Counted from the first letter of the stretch, positions 24,689 through 33,729 are shown. The stretch is DNA of 40,850 nucleotides from Candidatus Woesearchaeota archaeon (GCA_964635935.1 CAZWNN010000002.1:1-40850); one strand, 5' to 3'. Made by a program: numbers and translations. Notes: generated from the sequence alone by a model not told the origin.

Positions 24689-25639
24689 TGTAGAAGCAAC
24701 TGACATATGTCAGTAGCTAACCGAAAATTAGTTCTCATTTGATTTTAGGTTTGTTCTATGAAAAAAGAACAAATCAGGAAAGAATTTTTCAAGTTAAGAA
24801 TTAAACGCCATTCCTATAATCAATGTAGAAGGATATTGAAAGCAAAGTTTGAATATGAAGTTTCATTAAGAACATTATATAGATGGAGTAAAAGACTTAA
24901 TGAAACTGAATGGGATTTGAGAGACAAATCAAAAACACCGAAGAGGATTCATTACAAGATCACTTCTAGAATAGAAAAAAAGATTCTTGAGATTAGATCC
25001 AAAACCGGATGGGGTCAAGAAAGAATTGCAGACTATGTTAATGTTAGTCATTGGTCTGTTAATAAAATTCTTCATAAGTACAAATTAACAGAGCAATGTA
25101 AAAGAAAAAAGAAAAGAAACAATTATGTTCACTTTGAAAGAGAACATCCCAATACAATGTGGCAAATAGACCATAGTGATCAAAAAGTAAAAGACAAATG
25201 GTTAATTTCTGTTATTGATGATCATTCTCGTTTTAGCATTGGGTTGTTTGCGGTTAATAGAGTAACAACAAAAGTTGTGACGAAACTTTTAGATGATTTA
25301 ATTAAAATTCATGGAAAGCCGAGCCAAATTTTATCAGATAATGGCTCGGCTTATGGACTAAAAAGTAAACATTCTAAATTTGATAGGTGGTGCTGTCGAA
25401 GAGGAATTCACCATATTAGAAGTGCTGTCCATAGCCCGACAACTTGTGGCAAGGTTGAAAGGTTATTTCAAACAATTAAAAGAGAATTAAAGTTTTGCAA
25501 TAATGATCTCTAGTTTTTTAGAATGAGATATAACCATTTTAGAAGTCATAAAAGTCTTAATAACAAAACTCCGGCAGAGGTTTATTTTGATTTCGCTAGT
25601 TTATTTTAGGGGGTGACATATGTCACCTGCGTGCACACT
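24689..25639 (+). mobile_element. IS element (IS481/IS3-like DDE transposase) with about 24-bp imperfect terminal inverted repeats and a 14-bp direct duplication
   Basis: Left end TGTAGAAGCAACTGACATATGTCA versus reverse complement of right end TGTGCACGCAGGTGACATATGTCA (19/24). GACAGCCACCACCC occurs at 24675..24688 and 25640..25653. Confidence 0.7.
24758..25513 (+). CDS. DDE (rve-type) transposase interrupted by an in-frame TAG; frame continues to 25609
   Basis: N-terminal HTH, then WQIDHSD, LSDNGSAY and GKVERLFQTIKRE (D-D-E). After TAG 25511..25513 the same frame encodes FFRMRYNHFRSHKSLNNKTPAEVYFDFASLF, the conserved rve C-terminus. Confidence 0.75.
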   Translation: MKKEQIRKEFFKLRIKRHSYNQCRRILKAKFEYEVSLRTLYRWSKRLNETEWDLRDKSKTPKRIHYKITSRIEKKILEIRSKTGWGQERIADYVNVSHWSVNKILHKYKLTEQCKRKKKRNNYVHFEREHPNTMWQIDHSDQKVKDKWLISVIDDHSRFSIGLFAVNRVTTKVVTKLLDDLIKIHGKPSQILSDNGSAYGLKSKHSKFDRWCCRRGIHHIRSAVHSPTTCGKVERLFQTIKRELKFCNNDL

Positions 25640-25688
25640 GACAGCCACCACCCAAAGACTTTTAAGTTATCATTTATTGACTTCTTCA

Positions 25689-25988
25689 ATGATTCCGGGA
25701 GTTTTTCAAGACGCAAAATGGAAAGAGTTATTTTTAAAACTTCAAGCGGAAGGAGTTATTACGCAACCATTCACTGCTTTATCTCCAAAAGGTGAAGATT
25801 TAGAGAAGCTAGCTGAAGGTGAAACTCCTTCTGAGGTTCATGATCTGCTTAGTGAAGCTGACTTAAGAATAGAAATTTATATTCTATACACATCAACATC
25901 TCAGAGAGCATTAGTGGCGAAGCATGGAAGGAGAAGCCCAAGATTAGTTCCGCCTCCAAACCATCACTACATTGAGATTTATATTTAG
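25689..25988 (+). CDS. Hypothetical protein (doubtful)
   Basis: Listed ORF 25620..25988 begins inside the IS right end. The internal ATG at 25689 (MIPGVFQDAKW) is more plausible. No recognised motif. Confidence 0.25.
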   Translation: MIPGVFQDAKWKELFLKLQAEGVITQPFTALSPKGEDLEKLAEGETPSEVHDLLSEADLRIEIYILYTSTSQRALVAKHGRRSPRLVPPPNHHYIEIYI

Positions 25989-26039
25989 TGGATGCCGAGT
26001 AATATTATGGCTAATATCTGGCCTAAGGGAAATTTTTTT

Positions 26040-26150
26040 CTCCTCCACGAACGTAGTGAGTAAGAGTTGAGAAAAAAATTTGGAAATTCGCCTTCGGCGT
26101 TTGTGATTGTTACATGGCGGGAACTTTGGTTGACTCCCACTATTCCGAAA
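26040..26150. repeat. Hairpin-mosaic repeat fragment, family H copy 4
   Basis: TTCGCCTTCGGCGTTTGTGATTGT (26088..26111) matches 11126..11150. An upstream GAACG/GTGAGT-type block resembles family U/H modules. Confidence 0.5.
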
Positions 26151-26159
26151 GTTATTTAA

Positions 26160-26531
26160 ATGCTAATTATTCCTTGTAGTAAAATGCATGATACAGATCG
26201 CAGAGCCATGAGGGTTATTGAAGATCCAGGAACTAGCCAAGAAGCTAGACAAAGGCTACAAACAATTTTGGGCGAGTCTTTAGAAGTGCAAGCGGATATA
26301 TTAGAGCATCGTACTGTTAGAAGAGGTATGGTGTCTCAATTCGAAGGTGCTCCAACAAAAGTTTTACATTGGTTATTAGACGAATTTGAAAGGTTGGGAG
26401 ATCCTCTTCAAAAACTATATAATCGGTTTTATAATTCGCTTATAAATTATGAAAATACTTTTCGGGATATGAATGAAGAAAGATCAACTCTTGACGGGGG
26501 CGTAAGGTGGGTAATTCCGAGTCAAATCTAA
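26160..26531 (+). CDS. Hypothetical protein (orphan)
   Basis: 123-aa ORF. No recognised motif. Confidence 0.45.
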   Translation: MLIIPCSKMHDTDRRAMRVIEDPGTSQEARQRLQTILGESLEVQADILEHRTVRRGMVSQFEGAPTKVLHWLLDEFERLGDPLQKLYNRFYNSLINYENTFRDMNEERSTLDGGVRWVIPSQI

Positions 26532-26613
26532 CAGACCTTTAACGAATTTTATATTAAGGATTATTAAAAGTTTTGAAGCAAAAGTTTATAATAAACCTCC
26601 TCTTTAATTAAAC

Positions 26614-26874
26614 ATGGTAGAATATCTTTTAATTAATCCTGTAATGGCTGGGATAGCTGGAGGGATAATTGGAGCTATTGTAATTTTTCTAACGACAATT
26701 ACTGGGATTGCTGGATATTCTAAGGTAGCTAAGTTTTTAGAATCAAGTTTTTGGAAAAAATATGGATATAAAGTAAGTTGGGGCGGGGCTATTTTGGGGG
26801 CTGTAATTGGTTTTATTTATGGGTTTGTTATTTGGTGGTTGTTCTCTTTGATTTATAATGCTCTTGTTATCTAA
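26614..26874 (+). CDS. Small glycine-zipper membrane protein
   Basis: Two to three TM segments rich in GxxxG (AGIAGGIIGAIVIF, GGAILGAVIGFIYGFVIWWLF). Confidence 0.55.
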   Translation: MVEYLLINPVMAGIAGGIIGAIVIFLTTITGIAGYSKVAKFLESSFWKKYGYKVSWGGAILGAVIGFIYGFVIWWLFSLIYNALVI

Positions 26875-26930
26875 ACCCCTCGCAAAATCCGTTCACTTCG
26901 TTCACTTTCCCATTTTGCTACCACTAAGTT
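26874..26930 (+). repeat. Family T repeat copy 1
   Basis: AAACCCCTCGCAAAATCCGTTCACTTCGTTCACTTTCCCATTTTGCTACCACTAAGTT. Compare 31473..31531 and the outer parts of 34974..35085. Confidence 0.6.
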
Positions 26931-26989
26931 CAGTACTACCTTAGAATCTCATTAGAAAACTATTTATACTCCCAATTATTTTAAGATAA

Positions 26990-27208
26990 ATGTATAATAT
27001 AGATTTTCTTCCACAATTAGAAGAAGCTAGAAAGCATTTATGGGGTCCTCTTTATGATCTTGCTTCTGTGGATTCTCAGGCTGCTGCAGATGTAGCAAGT
27101 AGAATGCCTCTTAATCTTAATGGAGTTAAATTTGTTTCTTGCCATGAAGATACAAATGGTGAATGGGTTCTAGATAATGATTCTTTAGAAGAAGCTGTTT
27201 CTGAATAA
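26990..27208 (+). CDS. Hypothetical small acidic protein
   Basis: 72-aa ORF. No recognised motif. Confidence 0.4.
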   Translation: MYNIDFLPQLEEARKHLWGPLYDLASVDSQAAADVASRMPLNLNGVKFVSCHEDTNGEWVLDNDSLEEAVSE

Positions 27209-27239
27209 ACCCCAAAACATATAAATAATCATAATTCTG

Positions 27240-29399
27240 ATGAAGATAATGCCTAAGTTTAAAAAAGGTGAAAATAAAGAAAAAAAGATGGTGAAGAAAG
27301 AGACTAAGAAAGTTAAAGTGAAAAAAGGTAAGAGTGCTACTTTAATAATTTGTGAAAAACCTCAGGCAGCTGAAAAAATAGCTGCGGCCTTGTCTGGGGC
27401 GAAGGATGATAAAGTTACAGATGGAAACAAGCTTTCTTATTATGAATTTGAGAGGGATGGTCGGCGGTTTTTGGTGGGGTGTGCTGTAGGGCACTTGTTT
27501 GGGATTCAGCAGATTGCTGCGCGCGGACCTTTTCCAAATTATGAAGTGGAGTGGAGGCCTGTGTTTGAAAGAAAAAGTAAAGCTTCTGAGTTTACTAAAA
27601 AGTACTATGATGTTTTGAAAAAACTGGCTGGGCAGTCTGACAAGTTTATTGTGGCAACTGATTTTGATGTTGAGGGGGAGGTGATTGGATGGAATGTTCT
27701 GCGGTTTATTGCGAAGGAGAAGGATTGTAAGAGGATGAAGTTTTCTACCTTGACTAAGGATGCTCTTGAAGAGAGTTATAATAATTTGATGCCGACGCTG
27801 AATTGGGGAAGCGCAATTGCTGGTGAGACTCGGCACTACTTAGATTGGTTTTATGGGATTAATCTTTCTCGTGGTTTGATGAAAGCTCTTTCTTCTACTG
27901 GGCATTTTAGAATTCTTTCAATTGGGAGGGTGCAGGGGCCTGCTTTGAAAATTGTTTATGATAGAGAGATGGAGATTAAGAAATTTAAACCAGAAGTTTA
28001 TTGGCAGGTTTTTCTTTTGGTGAAAGATATTAATGGGGAGCAGATTGAGGTGATGTATCCTAAGGATTTGACTAAGAAATCTGAGTTGTTGCAATTTAAA
28101 CATTTGAAAGGTAAGAAAGGTATTGCTAGTACAGATATTAAGGACCATGGGGTTGCGCCGCCCTTGCCTTTTGATTTGACTAATTTACAGACAGAGTCTT
28201 ATCGATTGTTTAAGCTGACGCCGACCCAGACTATGCAGGCTGCTCAGAAACTTTATCTTGCTGGTGTGATCTCTTATCCTAGGACTTCTTCGCAAAATTA
28301 TCCTGAAGATATTGGTTATGATAATATTTTAAAGAAATTGAAAAAATATACAACTCTTGTTAAGTATGCGGCTAATAAAAAGCCTGTTCAGGGAAAGAAA
28401 AAAGATCCTGCGCATCCTGCGATTTATCCGACTGGTGAGATGGGAAAGATTGGGGCTGGGGAGAAAAAGATTTATGATTTGATTGTTAAGAGATTTATTT
28501 CTTGTTTTTGTAAGCCTGCGATTGTTGAAAGCAAGAAAGTTGTTGTTGATATTGATGGGTTGAAGTTTGCTAAACGAGGTTTGCAGATCAAGGAGAAAAA
28601 TTGGATGAATGTTTATCCGCACACGACGAAAGAGGAAAAGATTCCTACTATCGAGGGTAATGTTGATGTTACTGAAATTCGGACTGAAGAGAAAATGACT
28701 ACTCCGCCAAATAGATATAGTCCTGCTTCGCTTGTTCGGGCTTTAGAAAAGAAGAATCTCGGGACAAAAGCAACTCGGGCGAGCATTGTTGATACTTTGG
28801 GTAAAAGAGGTTATGTTACTGGAAAAAGTATTGAGGTTAGTGACCTTGGTTTGAGGATGGTGGAGACACTTAAGGCGCACTCGCCGATTATTTTAGATGA
28901 AGAGCTGACAAGGGAGATTGAAAAGGATTTAGAAAAAATTCAAGAATCTAAAAAGGATTTAGAAAAGCAGGAAGAGAAGGTTCTTGAAAAATCTAAAAAA
29001 GCAATTAATAAGATTGCGAAGGATATTACTAAAAATCTTGAGGCGATTGGGAAGTCGTTGGAAGATGCAAATGAGAAAGTTTGGGCAAAGGAGAAGGAAG
29101 AGAATATGATGACTAAGTGTCCTGTTTGCGGGAAGGGGAGATTGAGAATTATGTATGGGCGAAAGTTTAAGAGGTTTTTTGTTTCGTGTGATGCGTATCC
29201 TAAATGTAAGACTACTTTTGGTCTGCCTCCTAAAGGTTTGATGAAACCTGCGCGAGACAAAGATAATAAACAGGAGATGTGTGTTGAATGTGGTTTTCCT
29301 TTGGTTGTCAGTTTAAAGAAGGGGCGTCGTCCGTGGAAGTTTTGTTTTAATCCTGAGTGTCCTAGTCGGAAGAAGTGGGAGGGGAAAGAAAAGAAATAA
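27240..29399 (+). CDS. topA: DNA topoisomerase, type IA
   Basis: TOPRIM (LIICEKPQAA, DFDVEGE), active-site region ISYPRTSSQ, and two C-terminal zinc ribbons (CPVCGKG..CDAYPKC, CVECG..CFNPEC). Confidence 0.9.
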   Translation: MKIMPKFKKGENKEKKMVKKETKKVKVKKGKSATLIICEKPQAAEKIAAALSGAKDDKVTDGNKLSYYEFERDGRRFLVGCAVGHLFGIQQIAARGPFPNYEVEWRPVFERKSKASEFTKKYYDVLKKLAGQSDKFIVATDFDVEGEVIGWNVLRFIAKEKDCKRMKFSTLTKDALEESYNNLMPTLNWGSAIAGETRHYLDWFYGINLSRGLMKALSSTGHFRILSIGRVQGPALKIVYDREMEIKKFKPEVYWQVFLLVKDINGEQIEVMYPKDLTKKSELLQFKHLKGKKGIASTDIKDHGVAPPLPFDLTNLQTESYRLFKLTPTQTMQAAQKLYLAGVISYPRTSSQNYPEDIGYDNILKKLKKYTTLVKYAANKKPVQGKKKDPAHPAIYPTGEMGKIGAGEKKIYDLIVKRFISCFCKPAIVESKKVVVDIDGLKFAKRGLQIKEKNWMNVYPHTTKEEKIPTIEGNVDVTEIRTEEKMTTPPNRYSPASLVRALEKKNLGTKATRASIVDTLGKRGYVTGKSIEVSDLGLRMVETLKAHSPIILDEELTREIEKDLEKIQESKKDLEKQEEKVLEKSKKAINKIAKDITKNLEAIGKSLEDANEKVWAKEKEENMMTKCPVCGKGRLRIMYGRKFKRFFVSCDAYPKCKTTFGLPPKGLMKPARDKDNKQEMCVECGFPLVVSLKKGRRPWKFCFNPECPSRKKWEGKEKK

Positions 29400-29404
29400 T
29401 TTTC

Positions 29405-29590
29405 CTAAAGATCATCTAAATCTTCTTCTCTGCAAGGCCTTGCTCCTTGTTGTAATAATTCAGGAAAATATCTTTCAATAAAATCCGGTGGTAAATCTCT
29501 TGGAATTGCTTCTCTTCCAGGGAATTTTATGCCGGATCTGTATAAAAGATGAAGTGCTTCATATTCTAAATCCCTTGCTCCAAGTGCCAT
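29405..29590 (-). CDS. Hypothetical small protein inside the topA 3'-end duplication
   Basis: 61-aa ORF, opposite strand, lying between the two copies of the topA terminal sequence. Confidence 0.4.
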   Translation of the reverse strand: MALGARDLEYEALHLLYRSGIKFPGREAIPRDLPPDFIERYFPELLQQGARPCREEDLDDL

Positions 29591-29626
29591 GGTTTTTAAT
29601 AGATATTAAAGTATTTTAATTTTTCT

Positions 29627-29693
29627 GTTTTGTTTTAATCCTGAGTGTGCTAGTCGGAAGAAGGGTGGTGAAAAAGTTAAAGAAAATAGTTAA
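29627..29693 (+). pseudogene. Displaced second copy of the topA 3' end
   Basis: GTTTTGTTTTAATCCTGAGTGT(G)CTAGTCGGAAGAAG repeats 29339..29375 with 1 mismatch. In frame it reads FCFNPECASRKKGGEKVKENS*, versus the live end FCFNPECPSRKKWEGKEKK*. Confidence 0.65.
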
Positions 29694-29728
29694 TTATTAA
29701 TTGCGTGGTTTTGAATTAATTTCTGATT

Positions 29729-29803
29729 GATTAATTTTTTATAGTTATTGCGGAAATCTTGCCTTGTCTTATTTATTCTTGGGCAAGATTTCTGTTGGTT
29801 TTG
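29729..29803 (+). repeat. Family R hairpin element copy 3
   Basis: GATTAATTTTTTATAGTTATTGCGGAAAT-CTTGCC-[loop]-GGCAAG-ATTTCTGTTGGTTTTG. Stem 29751..29763 / 29782..29794. Confidence 0.65.
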
Positions 29804-29862
29804 AGGAGTGTTGTTGACTTAATCACAACAAGGTTTTTATAGTTTGATTACTAAAAAAATAT

Positions 29863-30075
29863 ATGGATGAAAATCAAGAAGATCCTGGAAGAGAGAAAAG
29901 ACTTGCTTTTTTGAGAAAATTGCATGGGCAACTTTCAGGGGGACGTACTGAGCGGACTGATCCTATTTTAAATGGCAATGCTCGGCAAAGGGGTGTGGTT
30001 GCCTATCATGGTGTTGAAGCGGAATTGGATGCTGGTGAAGCTTATGTTAGAGCTTGTGAGCTAAGAGGCATCTAA
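29863..30075 (+). CDS. Hypothetical small protein
   Basis: 70-aa ORF preceded by a CACAACAAGG-TTTTTATAG promoter-like box. No recognised motif. Confidence 0.4.
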   Translation: MDENQEDPGREKRLAFLRKLHGQLSGGRTERTDPILNGNARQRGVVAYHGVEAELDAGEAYVRACELRGI

Positions 30076-30077
30076 AT

Positions 30078-30818
30078 TTAAAACAAACCCTTCCTCCGAA
30101 TCCCCCTTGCGATGATTTCAAAAGCAAGGGTTTTTTCTGGGAGGGAGCGGTGTTTTCGTAGGATTATGCTTCTTTTTCCTCGGTAGTATTGGAGTTCGAT
30201 GAGGCACTTGCTCCAGTATTTGAGAAGGTCGCCGCCGACCATTGAGATTTGTTTTTGTTTTTGCAGTTCGTTGTTTTCATCTGTGATGAACTGGGAGTAG
30301 ACTTGGTTGGTTACAACTACTGGGATGTTTTGTTTTCTTGCTATTTCATTGAGGGTTCGGAGTTGGCGTGCTAACTGTCTGTTTACTTCTCTTATTTTTT
30401 CATCTTCTTTTGTTTTGATTGCATCTCCAAGTTCTAGTCTGTAGAGCATTGCAATGCTGTCTACTATTATTAGAGAGACATAGCCTTTTTTCACGTGCTT
30501 GAGAAGTTTGCCAAAATCAAGTTCCTGCTCTTCAAAAGTTGTTGGTTTTAGCAGGATAATTTTTTTTAGAACTTCATCAAGAGTTTCTGGTTCTGCTAAT
30601 ATTTGTTTTACTCTTTCTGGAGAGAAGCCGCCTTCTGTGTCTATGTAAATTACTTTGTTGTCTTTTTTTGCCTGGCTGACTGCAACTAGAATACAGAAGT
30701 TTGTTTTGCCGCTTCCGCCTGGACCGTAGATTGTTGATATGATGTCTGTTTCATATCCTCCGAAGAGGAACTTGTTCAGGTCGTAGGAGCCTGCTGAGAT
30801 TTTTGCTGGGTTTGGCAT
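30078..30818 (-). CDS. radB: RadB-type recombinase paralog (RecA/RadA family without N-terminal HhH domain)
   Basis: Walker A GPGGSGKT, Walker B LIIVDS, about 246 aa with no N-terminal domain. Confidence 0.75.
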   Translation of the reverse strand: MPNPAKISAGSYDLNKFLFGGYETDIISTIYGPGGSGKTNFCILVAVSQAKKDNKVIYIDTEGGFSPERVKQILAEPETLDEVLKKIILLKPTTFEEQELDFGKLLKHVKKGYVSLIIVDSIAMLYRLELGDAIKTKEDEKIREVNRQLARQLRTLNEIARKQNIPVVVTNQVYSQFITDENNELQKQKQISMVGGDLLKYWSKCLIELQYYRGKRSIILRKHRSLPEKTLAFEIIARGIRRKGLF

Positions 30819-30863
30819 GTTGAGAAGCAGCTTAGAATTTATTTAAGGATTGTTGTGATTGAG

Positions 30864-31121
30864 TTACTTAACTTTCTTAAACTCACTAGAGTATTTGTCG
30901 AGATCTTTTGTTGCTGCGGTGATTGCTTTTTTGAGTGCTGCTTTGGGGTTTGATGCTTCGATATGGAGGACTGGGTTTTTTTCTGGGTGTTCTCTTCGCC
31001 ATGTGGCCATCTTAACTGAGGAATCTTTATTAAGATATGTTCTCATTAGTTCTACAATTGTGAGATTATCTATCTCTACGTCGAGTTTGTCTTTTTCTTC
31101 TTTGATTATTTTTACTTCCAT
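30864..31121 (-). CDS. rpoL: DNA-directed RNA polymerase subunit L (Rpo11)
   Basis: 85 aa. DNLTIVELMRTYLNKDSSVKMATWRREHP resembles the Rpo11 core (..HTLGN.L...L.....V.FA.Y...HP). Confidence 0.65.
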   Translation of the reverse strand: MEVKIIKEEKDKLDVEIDNLTIVELMRTYLNKDSSVKMATWRREHPEKNPVLHIEASNPKAALKKAITAATKDLDKYSSEFKKVK

Positions 31122-31158
31122 GTTATTAGATTTGAAATTAGGTTTTTAAGGTTTTGGA

Positions 31159-31440
31159 TTAAACGAGATTTCCAAAAGCTCTTCTTGCTTTAAGATAAGC
31201 CCCTACTTCTGGATGTACTGGATAGATAACTCCTTGAGAAGGTTCTCTACAAACTTTTCTGTAATCTCTATGAAATCTTACACCTCCGCAAGAAAAAGAT
31301 TTACCGTAGATTACGACAAGCCATCTATTAAAATCTCTTCCAACAACTCTTGCAAGCATTACTTCCTTTTGCAAAAGACCTCCAACTACTGCAGGCAATC
31401 CCTTAAGAACTTCTCTTCTGTCTTTTTCTCGGTCGTTCAT
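31159..31440 (-). CDS. Hypothetical small protein (orphan)
   Basis: 93-aa ORF. No recognised motif. Confidence 0.4.
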   Translation of the reverse strand: MNDREKDRREVLKGLPAVVGGLLQKEVMLARVVGRDFNRWLVVIYGKSFSCGGVRFHRDYRKVCREPSQGVIYPVHPEVGAYLKARRAFGNLV

Positions 31441-31472
31441 ATAAGAAATTCAAAATTATTGTTTAAAAATTT

Positions 31473-31531
31473 AACCCCTGCAAAAATCCGCTCGCAAAGG
31501 CTCGCTTTCCCATTTTTGCCCCGCCAAGTTT
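31473..31531 (+). repeat. Family T repeat copy 3
   Basis: AACCCCTGCAAAAATCCGCTCGCAAAGGCTCGCTTTCCCATTTTTGCCCCGCCAAGTTT. Confidence 0.55.
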
Positions 31532-31577
31532 AATATCTGACAATCCATCTCTTTGGAATTATTTTTTGTTTTTTTCT

Positions 31578-33620
31578 TTATGCTTCTTCTATCAAGCTCG
31601 TCCCTTCCTTCTTAATCCTAATAACATTATCGACAAAGCCTTCGATTTTTTGCTCGTGGCTGACTAGGATGAGTTGCTCTGACTTTAGCTGGTCGAAGAT
31701 ATCGCGCATTTTGTTGAGTTGTTGGTCTGAGAAACCATCTGTTGGTTCGTCGAGGATTAAAAGGCCTTTTGTTTTTATTTTAGACATGAGGGAGTTTAGG
31801 ATTTGGTTGAGGGCTAGTCTGTATGCAAGTGCTACTGCTGTTCGTTCTCCTCCTGAAAGAAAATCATAGTCAATTTCATAATCTTGCTGTTCAATGATAG
31901 GTGTGAAATCTTCGTCTAATCTTGCGGAAAGTGTGTCTGAAACAAGAATGCAAAACCACTGGTTGAAGATTTCTGAAAATTCTGCTCTTAGTTTTGCAAG
32001 AACGTTTTTTTCTGTGATAGTAATTATTGAGAGGAAGGTTTGTTCTAGCCAGTCTTGGAGTTGTCTTAGGTAGCTAACTTGGCTGCGGATTTTTTCTTTT
32101 TGCTGAATATCTTTTTCAAGTTCATCTAAAAGTTTTTTTGAAATTTCGCTTTCTCTGGTTTTTTCTGCGAGGGTTATTTCAATTTTTCTTGCTTTTTCAT
32201 TTATTTGCTCAAAGATATTTTTTTGGTTTTCAAAATTAGTTTGGATTTCTGAAAAAGTTTGTATTTTTTCTTGGAGTTGGGAGATTTCTGTGCTTAGTGC
32301 CTGTATTTCATTATCGGTTCTATCAAGGATAATTGCATCTGATTTTACTTTTGTTTCTATTTGTTTTTGGTGTTCGAACTTTATCTTATTGCTTTGCAGT
32401 TCCTGGACATCGCTTTCGTATCCTTGAATCATTTGTTTTTCTTTTTCAATTGTTTTTATTAGCTGGTTTTTTTCTGAGATTTTTTGGTTGAGGTCTAAAT
32501 TTATTTCGTTGATATCATATTGATTTTTTTTAGATATTTTATCCTTGTGTTCTTGGCCTACTGATTGGAAACATGTTGGGCAGTTTTCTAAGGAGGATAC
32601 TTTATCTATAAGTTCTTGGGCTTGGGATTTTTTTGATTCAAGGGTTGAAACTTTTGCATTTAAATCCATTAGTGTTGAACTGCTTTGTTCGAGGAGATTT
32701 TTGTGTTTTGCTAGAAGATTAGTCAGATGGGTTAAGCTCTCTTGAGAAAAATCTATTTTGTGTTTGATTTGCTGCTGCATTAAATTTATTTCTTTTTCAA
32801 GGCGGATTTTCATGGTTTGTTTTCCCTGAAGCTCGACTTGTTTATTACCCAAGTCTCTATCAAGTTCTTGTTTTTGTTTTATTTTTTCTTCAAGTTCTTT
32901 TAGTCTTAATTCTTCTTGTTGTTTTTTTTCTGTTGCTTGTTTGAATTCAATAGTTAGGTTGTTAATTTGTCTGGTGAGTTGGATTTTTTCTTCTGTCTGG
33001 TTTTTGAGTTTTTCTTTTAGAAGATTTATTTCTCTTATTTCAACTTCTTTTATTTTTACTAGTTCTTTTATTTTTTGAAGAAGGATTTGTGAATTTTGTT
33101 TTATTCGTCTGTATCTGTCGATTCCGAAGATGTGCCGGAGGGTGTCGAGGCGGATTTCAGGTCTTTCTTGGATTATTGCTTTCATTTCTTCTTGAGGTGT
33201 GTAGACTGTGAATCTGTAGAGGAGGTTGGATTTTTTTGCAAATTCTTTTGGATAGTCTAGAAGCTGGATGACTTTGTTTTTCATTTCAGATGTTGAGAGT
33301 TCTTGAGTTTGATTGTTGATTGTTATTGTATTTGATTCTTGGGTGATGGATTTTTTTCTTTTGAGGGTTCTTTCGAGGATTATGTTGTTGGTGTCAATTT
33401 CGCATTCAAGAGAGACATAAGCTTGGTCTTTTCCTTGGCGGAGAATTGAGGCGCCTTTTTGTCCTGGCTGTAATCCGAAAAGTGCGAACTGAATTGCTAG
33501 TAAGACTGATGTTTTGCCTGCTCCAATGTCTCCTGCTAAAAGGGTTGCTCCTTTTGGAAATTCAATTTCTAAGTCTTCATAACTTCTTATGTTTTGGAGT
33601 TTGAGTTTTTTGAGATACAT
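31578..33620 (-). CDS. rad50: Rad50 ATPase
   Basis: Walker A GDIGAGKTS, long coiled coil with zinc hook CPTC, signature LSGGERTA, Walker B LLILDEPT. Confidence 0.9.
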   Translation of the reverse strand: MYLKKLKLQNIRSYEDLEIEFPKGATLLAGDIGAGKTSVLLAIQFALFGLQPGQKGASILRQGKDQAYVSLECEIDTNNIILERTLKRKKSITQESNTITINNQTQELSTSEMKNKVIQLLDYPKEFAKKSNLLYRFTVYTPQEEMKAIIQERPEIRLDTLRHIFGIDRYRRIKQNSQILLQKIKELVKIKEVEIREINLLKEKLKNQTEEKIQLTRQINNLTIEFKQATEKKQQEELRLKELEEKIKQKQELDRDLGNKQVELQGKQTMKIRLEKEINLMQQQIKHKIDFSQESLTHLTNLLAKHKNLLEQSSSTLMDLNAKVSTLESKKSQAQELIDKVSSLENCPTCFQSVGQEHKDKISKKNQYDINEINLDLNQKISEKNQLIKTIEKEKQMIQGYESDVQELQSNKIKFEHQKQIETKVKSDAIILDRTDNEIQALSTEISQLQEKIQTFSEIQTNFENQKNIFEQINEKARKIEITLAEKTRESEISKKLLDELEKDIQQKEKIRSQVSYLRQLQDWLEQTFLSIITITEKNVLAKLRAEFSEIFNQWFCILVSDTLSARLDEDFTPIIEQQDYEIDYDFLSGGERTAVALAYRLALNQILNSLMSKIKTKGLLILDEPTDGFSDQQLNKMRDIFDQLKSEQLILVSHEQKIEGFVDNVIRIKKEGTSLIEEA

Positions 33621-33646
33621 AGCCTAAGACACCTCCGGTTTCTTTG

Positions 33647-33698
33647 CTCACAATTTACTCTTGTATTATTTCTAAATTTGTCAAGAGCAAATTGCTCG
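33647..33698 (+). repeat. Family S hairpin repeat copy 3
   Basis: CTCACAATTTACTCTTG-[AT loop]-CAAGAGCAAATTGCTCGG, 12/13 stem pairs. Lies in the mre11-rad50 spacer. Confidence 0.6.
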
Positions 33699-33729
33699 GC
33701 TTCAACTTCCCTTAAATTTAGTTTGATTA

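Noticed and set aside
25511-25513. TAG recoding (e.g. pyrrolysine) in the transposase
   Set aside because: TAG is used as an ordinary stop by mcm (9455..9457) and by 10044..10685 (10683..10685). No pyl genes are visible. A nonsense mutation or low-level read-through is more parsimonious.
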